Positions 53,616-64,000 of a DNA stretch of 64,000 nucleotides are shown in pieces. This DNA is from Macrostomum lignano (Eukaryota), in assembly GCA_002269645.1 (NCBI GenBank), contig NIVC01000947.1, positions 248,001 through 312,000 on the forward strand, in the 5' to 3' direction. Numbering within the stretch: the first letter of the stretch is position 1; every line of letters starts with the position of its first letter. A program made the translations under genes and the position numbers. The notes beneath the pieces are model-generated. The model ran no database searches, was not told where the DNA came from, and saw nothing but the letters and a program-made list of their open reading frames with translations.

Positions 53616-54879
53616 TGATCAGTTACCCGTGATCTAACTTGATTATATTATTGATTTTTGACGGGCATCAACATTATTGACCCAATAACTGTTTTATTTG
53701 CATCACTTCACTTCAATTACTTAAGTCACCGCGTACGTACTATTTGCAACTTTATGTACACAGAATTTCAGTCAGTCCAGATTCCTTGTGCATTAATAAT
53801 TATGATCAATTTACATGAAAATACGAATCCGAATTACAAATTTATAACAGTGTGTTTTTAAGTTACGGTCTTAAATTAATAATCTGTCAATATGTCTCTG
53901 CACTTCACGTTTTATCAATTGCTAGCATATAATTTTCGTGACACTGAAAAGTGCTTGTAAAAGTACACCAAAGTTTGATTAAGCGCGGTTTTTTAATTTT
54001 GTACACAACTATAATTATTTTCTTCTTTTAATCTCTAGATTAAACGGATGCTATTACTGAAGATCAAATAAATATATCATAAGGTGGCAAAATGCTGTAT
54101 TGATTTTCACCGTAATTCACTAGCAGTGACTACGACGAGACGAGTTTTTTTACGTAAAAATTCATTTTATTTTATTAAAAAATTGCAGTCAGTACACTAA
54201 AGAAAGAGCTTGATGACGGATGGGACTCTGAGAGATTAGTGATGGAGGGGGATTAGAGATGGAAATGATGAGGACGCACTTTTTTTCCAAATCATGCGCT
54301 AGCACATGGGCTCTAAACTTACTTGCCTACTAACAGTGGGCAATGGGCATTTTTATCCTTTTTCTTCGAATTGTCATAGAATCTATACTAGATATAATGT
54401 CTGGTCATACTAGTAGTCATAATAACATAGGCGCAGCTTTTTGGGTCATAAATCATCGCTTTCGAAGCTGGTCTGACAGCCACCTGCGCCTCACTCAGTG
54501 TTGAGGCGGGCGCCAGATGGTCTGAGAGGATGCGGGCGGTAGCTTTTTTCTCATCATTTTGACAGGCCATCAAGATTTATGAGGTCAAAGCCTATTGTTC
54601 GTGTTCACTCAAGCGTGTGACAGCTTTGACAGCTAAGCGTTTTACCCCTAAAAGTACCTTGGGATTAGCGATTAGTGATTTCTCTTTATTTTCTTCACTT
54701 TCTATTTAATAAGAGCTTTCTAATGTATATTTTTTCATTAATTTTTGTCAATCCTACGCGAAAAGTAATAAATCATTTTGTTGCGATTTTGATTGATTTA
54801 TGGCCGCACCTGTCATCTTTTTACGACCCCGACGGAACTGATAGGATCTCCCGGTCACGTGATTCTGGGTAGCAACAAG

Positions 54880-54990
54880 CTTAGCCAATCAGAAAGTTCG
54901 GCGCTCATTTTAACAAAACGGCTCAGCCAATCAGAATCGACGTGTTCCATTATAACAAACTGTGATCCAGTTGGCGGCTATTTAAACCGG
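54880..54990 (+). promoter_or_regulatory. Orphan Pol II promoter-like cluster: two AGCCAATCAG boxes and TATTTAAA
   Basis: CCAAT boxes near 54885 and 54927, TATTTAAA near 54979; no recognisable gene downstream. Confidence 0.3.
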
Positions 54991-56269
54991 TGTTTTTGGC
55001 CCGCTCGGACCCAGTACTTGCTCGGACTCCGACTTGCTCGGGCCCAGCACGCAACTTCTGGTTCCCGGAGCGCGCCCGTCGTTTCTTGATCCCCGGATTG
55101 CGACTTCCCCCCCATCATCATCAAGGACGAATCCCCCGGTCATCAGCAGCGAACATCAAAGTTAAAAGCATCACCTGCTAGCTATCAGCAAAGACTGTGA
55201 CAGCATCATCCCGAGTCTACAGCTGCGAAGCATCAAGCCGATTCGGTCACTATGGATTTCCTGGTCTCCGGCTGTTGAGTTTCTGATTGGTTGGGTGAGA
55301 GGCTATCTAGACTTGCTTGATTGGTTGGTCCCTTATCTGTCCCCTGTTTCAGTAGCTGAATTAGGCGCACACTTTTGCTCACTTTGTTCAGTAGTGTTGT
55401 TGTTGAGGCAGAAGTCATTCAATAATACTGCTAGTAGTCTAAACTCCAATTCAATCTGAGGTGATCTAAGGAGAAGGAATTAAATCTAACAGTTATTTTT
55501 ATCGGTTTTATTTCTTTGTTCGCCATGGCTCAGATGAGTAGCTAAGCTAGTAGGCGCCGGTCACAGTGGACCAATGGCAAGGCAGTTCTCAGTCGATCAA
55601 TCTATCAAATCAATGAGCAAAATTGCCAATAGTGCAAAATCGGCGCCAGAGATGTACTTTGTGCACTCTAGGTTCGCCAAGCGGCTCGGGTGATGAATCA
55701 TGCGGTCTCTGAAGTTCGAGCTAGTCTATCATCAGCGCTAGGAGAGGCTAGTTGGCGCGTTGAAGGCCAAAAGTACAATTCTTCGTATTTAGCAATGTAA
55801 TAGTACGTTAGCTACCCCATAGACTCGCCACTGCAAGAATCCCCTGCACAAGTCCCCTCTGTACCTGCATGGCCAATGCGATCTAGTCCCAGCAGTGTCC
55901 CTTATCATCGGCTATGACTTCGAGATTGACAGCAAAAAGACACTAGTTGGCAGGTAAGTGCAAAGCCCCTTCTAGTCGGAAGCCCGATTTCGAGAGTCCC
56001 GGTGTGGTGAGCCAGGGCGCACGGGCTGGTGGCAGCAAGCTAGTTGAACTGCGGATTAGCTAATTTCTACCTTCAAAATTCTCCCTGCTTGTCTCTCGCT
56101 GTCCCTCTCTTAGCTATAGGACCTAGACTGCTCGCCACACGATCAAGCTACCATGGGGCTGACCATCTGACAGGAGTGGGGGGCCAGGACTCTAATTGAT
56201 TTATTTCTGAGACCTGAGGCCCGAAAGCTTCCCCACAAGGGGCCGGAAGGTCGAAACCCATCAGAAAGA

Positions 56270-56850
56270 TCAGTGATGGGGTGAGATTTAGAGCAGATGG
56301 AGAGATCAGTGATAGAGGGAGATTAGAGATGGAGAGGTCAGGGGTGAGATTAGAGCAGATAGAGAGATCAGTGATGGGGTGAGATTTTGAGCAGATGGAG
56401 AGATCAGTGATGGGGTGAGATTTTGAGCAGATGGAGAGATCAGTGATGGGTGAGATTTTGAGCAGATAGAGAGATCAGTGATGGGTGAGATTTAGAGCAG
56501 ATAGAGAGATCAGTGATGGGGTGAGATTTTGAGCAGATAGAGAGATCAGCGATGGGTGAGATTTAGAGCAGATAGAGAGATCAGTGATGGGGTGAGATTT
56601 TGAGCAGATAGAGAGATCAGTGATGGGGTGAGATTTTGAGCAGATGGAGAGATCAGTGATGGGGTGAGATTTTGAGCAGATAGAGAGATCAGTGATGGGG
56701 TGAGATTTTGAGCAGATAGAGAGATCAGTGATGGGGTGAGATTTAGAGCAGATGGAGAGATCAGTGATGGGGTGAGATTAGAGGTGGAGTGATCAGTGAA
56801 GGGGAGGTGAGAATAGAGATGAGTGATCAGTGATAGGAGGGGAGATTAGA
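56270..56850. repeat. ~35-36-bp minisatellite (GATCAGTGATGGGGTGAGATTTTGAGCAGATAGAGA)
   Basis: Direct inspection; a related single unit occurs near 54230. Confidence 0.93.
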
Positions 56851-58454
56851 GATGAATCAGAGCAGTCAGCCAAAAATCTGGAAAACACGGCAGAAGAGCA
56901 GTTATGTTTGTGCTTAGTTACATAGCAAAACATCATGTTGCTTTAAATTGTATTGTATTTCACTTATCAAAAATTATATTAGTGTAATCTTTCAGGTGAA
57001 CTTCTTCAGCCAGAGGTGTTGTTCTCGGAACGCGGGAGCAATTACATGTGTATGCTTAGTGCTTCTTCATTGTACTGCAGAAGTTTACAATTCAGCATTA
57101 AACAAACATGTAGGGCTGACAGTATTAAGTAGTAAAGTAAGTAGTAGATGCAGCGCTTACCAACTTTTAAACAAATCTTTTTTTAATTAGTAAGCTAATT
57201 AAAATTCAGACGCAATGAAGCACACATTACGGAACACTGTGAATAAAAAGTAAAGTCGAATAAATTTCAATTAAATAACAACAAATGAAACCACGACAAC
57301 TACTTATATGCTGGTAAGTATTCGCCAACATGTTGGCAATAGTTTGAAAGAAAAAATTGAAAACTTCGGCATTAAAAGAGTTGAAAGCATGGATAAAATC
57401 AGATTGAAGTTAGCTAATCATATTTCAGAATCACGAGAGCATCAGGCACAGATTTGGTTATCAGGTTTCACGCGTATTTTTAAAATTCACTGTTAATAAA
57501 ACAACAATCTAATTACAATAGAGTTCAGGCGCACAGGTTACAATGCACAAAAACAGCTAACAAAATAGAATTTAAAAAATATAGAAAGCTTCGCAAATTA
57601 ATAAATTGGGCCGAGATTTGCCGTATGGTAAAGCAGAGCTTATAAGATTGTTCATCTGTATGGAACAACCTTTGTTCAGAATCAATTCATCAATTTAGCA
57701 ATCCATCTAGTCTACCTTGCTGATAAAAATATTAGTCATTTTTTATGTATCAATCGGTAACTGATGATTAAAGATCGATATTCAACTATATTTAACTACT
57801 TTTATATCTAAGTAGCTTATGCGTGTTTTTGGCTAGAAATTTATAAATTCAAGAAAATTATATTAAATGTATCTCGAATCTTAGTTTATTAGCAATAAAT
57901 AATAATTTTCGAAGAAATCAATCAACAATAAAGAATACAACAAATTAACCTTCTTTTAATATTCTTTATACTAAATCTTAAAAAAATCAGAATATGAATA
58001 TGAAAAAAGGCCAATTTATAAAAGACTGCCAGCAGTGAACGCAGAAGAAAACAAAAGTGCAAATGTGTATAAAAATATTAATAATAACAATCGTTGCATC
58101 CGCAAAACACAACAGAGAAGTTATTAGTGCAGAGAATCGAAAGTTTTAAGAATTGAACAGTTAGTGCGGAGAACGCCCTATGTACACACAGGTGCTAAAA
58201 TCATCAATAAATTACCATTGTTTGTTTTCTTGCAAAAAATTGAACTGAGATAGCAGAAAACATCATATAAAAAACACTAATTTGTCTAAATGGGAGTTTC
58301 AAGGCTCGCCACCAGTCTCCAATTTTTGGCAAATGAAGCAGTGCAAGTGGGCGTGTACAGAGCCGGTACATTAGCAGATAGTGGGGCCTGGTAGACACAG
58401 TGTATTTAATAATATCATCATCATTAATGTCTTCGGGGCTATCCGGGGCCGGGG

Positions 58455-63554
<5,100 letters not shown>

Positions 63555-63559
63555 TTACA

Positions 63560-63912
63560 CTGAGGTGGTGGATGAGGGGTGTGTCAAGAGCGTGCGTACA
63601 TTGGGGTGGCGGGTGAGGGGGCTTGTCAAGAGCGTGTGTACATTGGGGTGGCGGGTGAGGGTGTGTCAAGAGCGTGTGTACATTGGGGTGGTGGATGAGG
63701 GGTGTGTCAAGAGCGTGCGTACATTGGGGTGGCGGGTGAGGGGGCTTGTCAAGAGCGTGTGTACATTGGGGTGGCGGGTGTGAGGGGGTTTGTCAAGAGC
63801 GTGCGTACATTGGGGTGGCGGGTGAGGGGGCTTGTCAAGAGCGAGTGCACATTTAAGTGGCGGGTGAGGGGGGTTGTCAAGAGCGTGTGTACATTGTGGT
63901 GGCGGGTGAGGC
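63560..63912. repeat. ~40-bp minisatellite (GTCAAGAGCGTG(C/T)GTACATTGGGGTGGCGGGTGAGGGG..) in a calcineurin intron
   Basis: Direct inspection, upstream of exon 63389..63514. Confidence 0.9.
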
Positions 63913-64000
63913 AAGTTTATCCACAGCGCGCACGAATTGGTATCGGCAATAAAATAAATTTGCAGTCAAAAGCACCACAGAGAGGCAATAAAAAGAAACA

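Overview
Eukaryotic, intron-rich, repeat-dense DNA. Macrostomum-type free-living flatworm is an inference from the p40-like two-domain sHSP, GC-rich exons and satellite-filled introns; it was not confirmed by any search. Most long ORFs in the supplied track are translations of tandem repeats. Manual exon joining with GT-AG and phase checks gives seven protein genes: a serine-palmitoyltransferase small subunit (+), a highly divergent TRPV-like channel (+), a two-alpha-crystallin-domain small HSP (-), a Gsx/ind-type ParaHox homeobox gene (+), a complete 10-exon ERG/KCNH2-type K+ channel (-), CRIP1-like LIM protein (+) and the 3' part of calcineurin A (-). There is also a possible antisense gene fragment nested in a TRPV intron, a head-to-tail pair of Helitron/HINE-like elements and a tRNA-SINE-like insert. 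Most striking: nearly every long intron carries its own private minisatellite; at least nine otherwise unrelated units share an RGGTCA/TGACCY core; one ~2 kb array is a multimer of perfect p53-type half-sites; and one array is a multimer of the intron's own 3' splice site.
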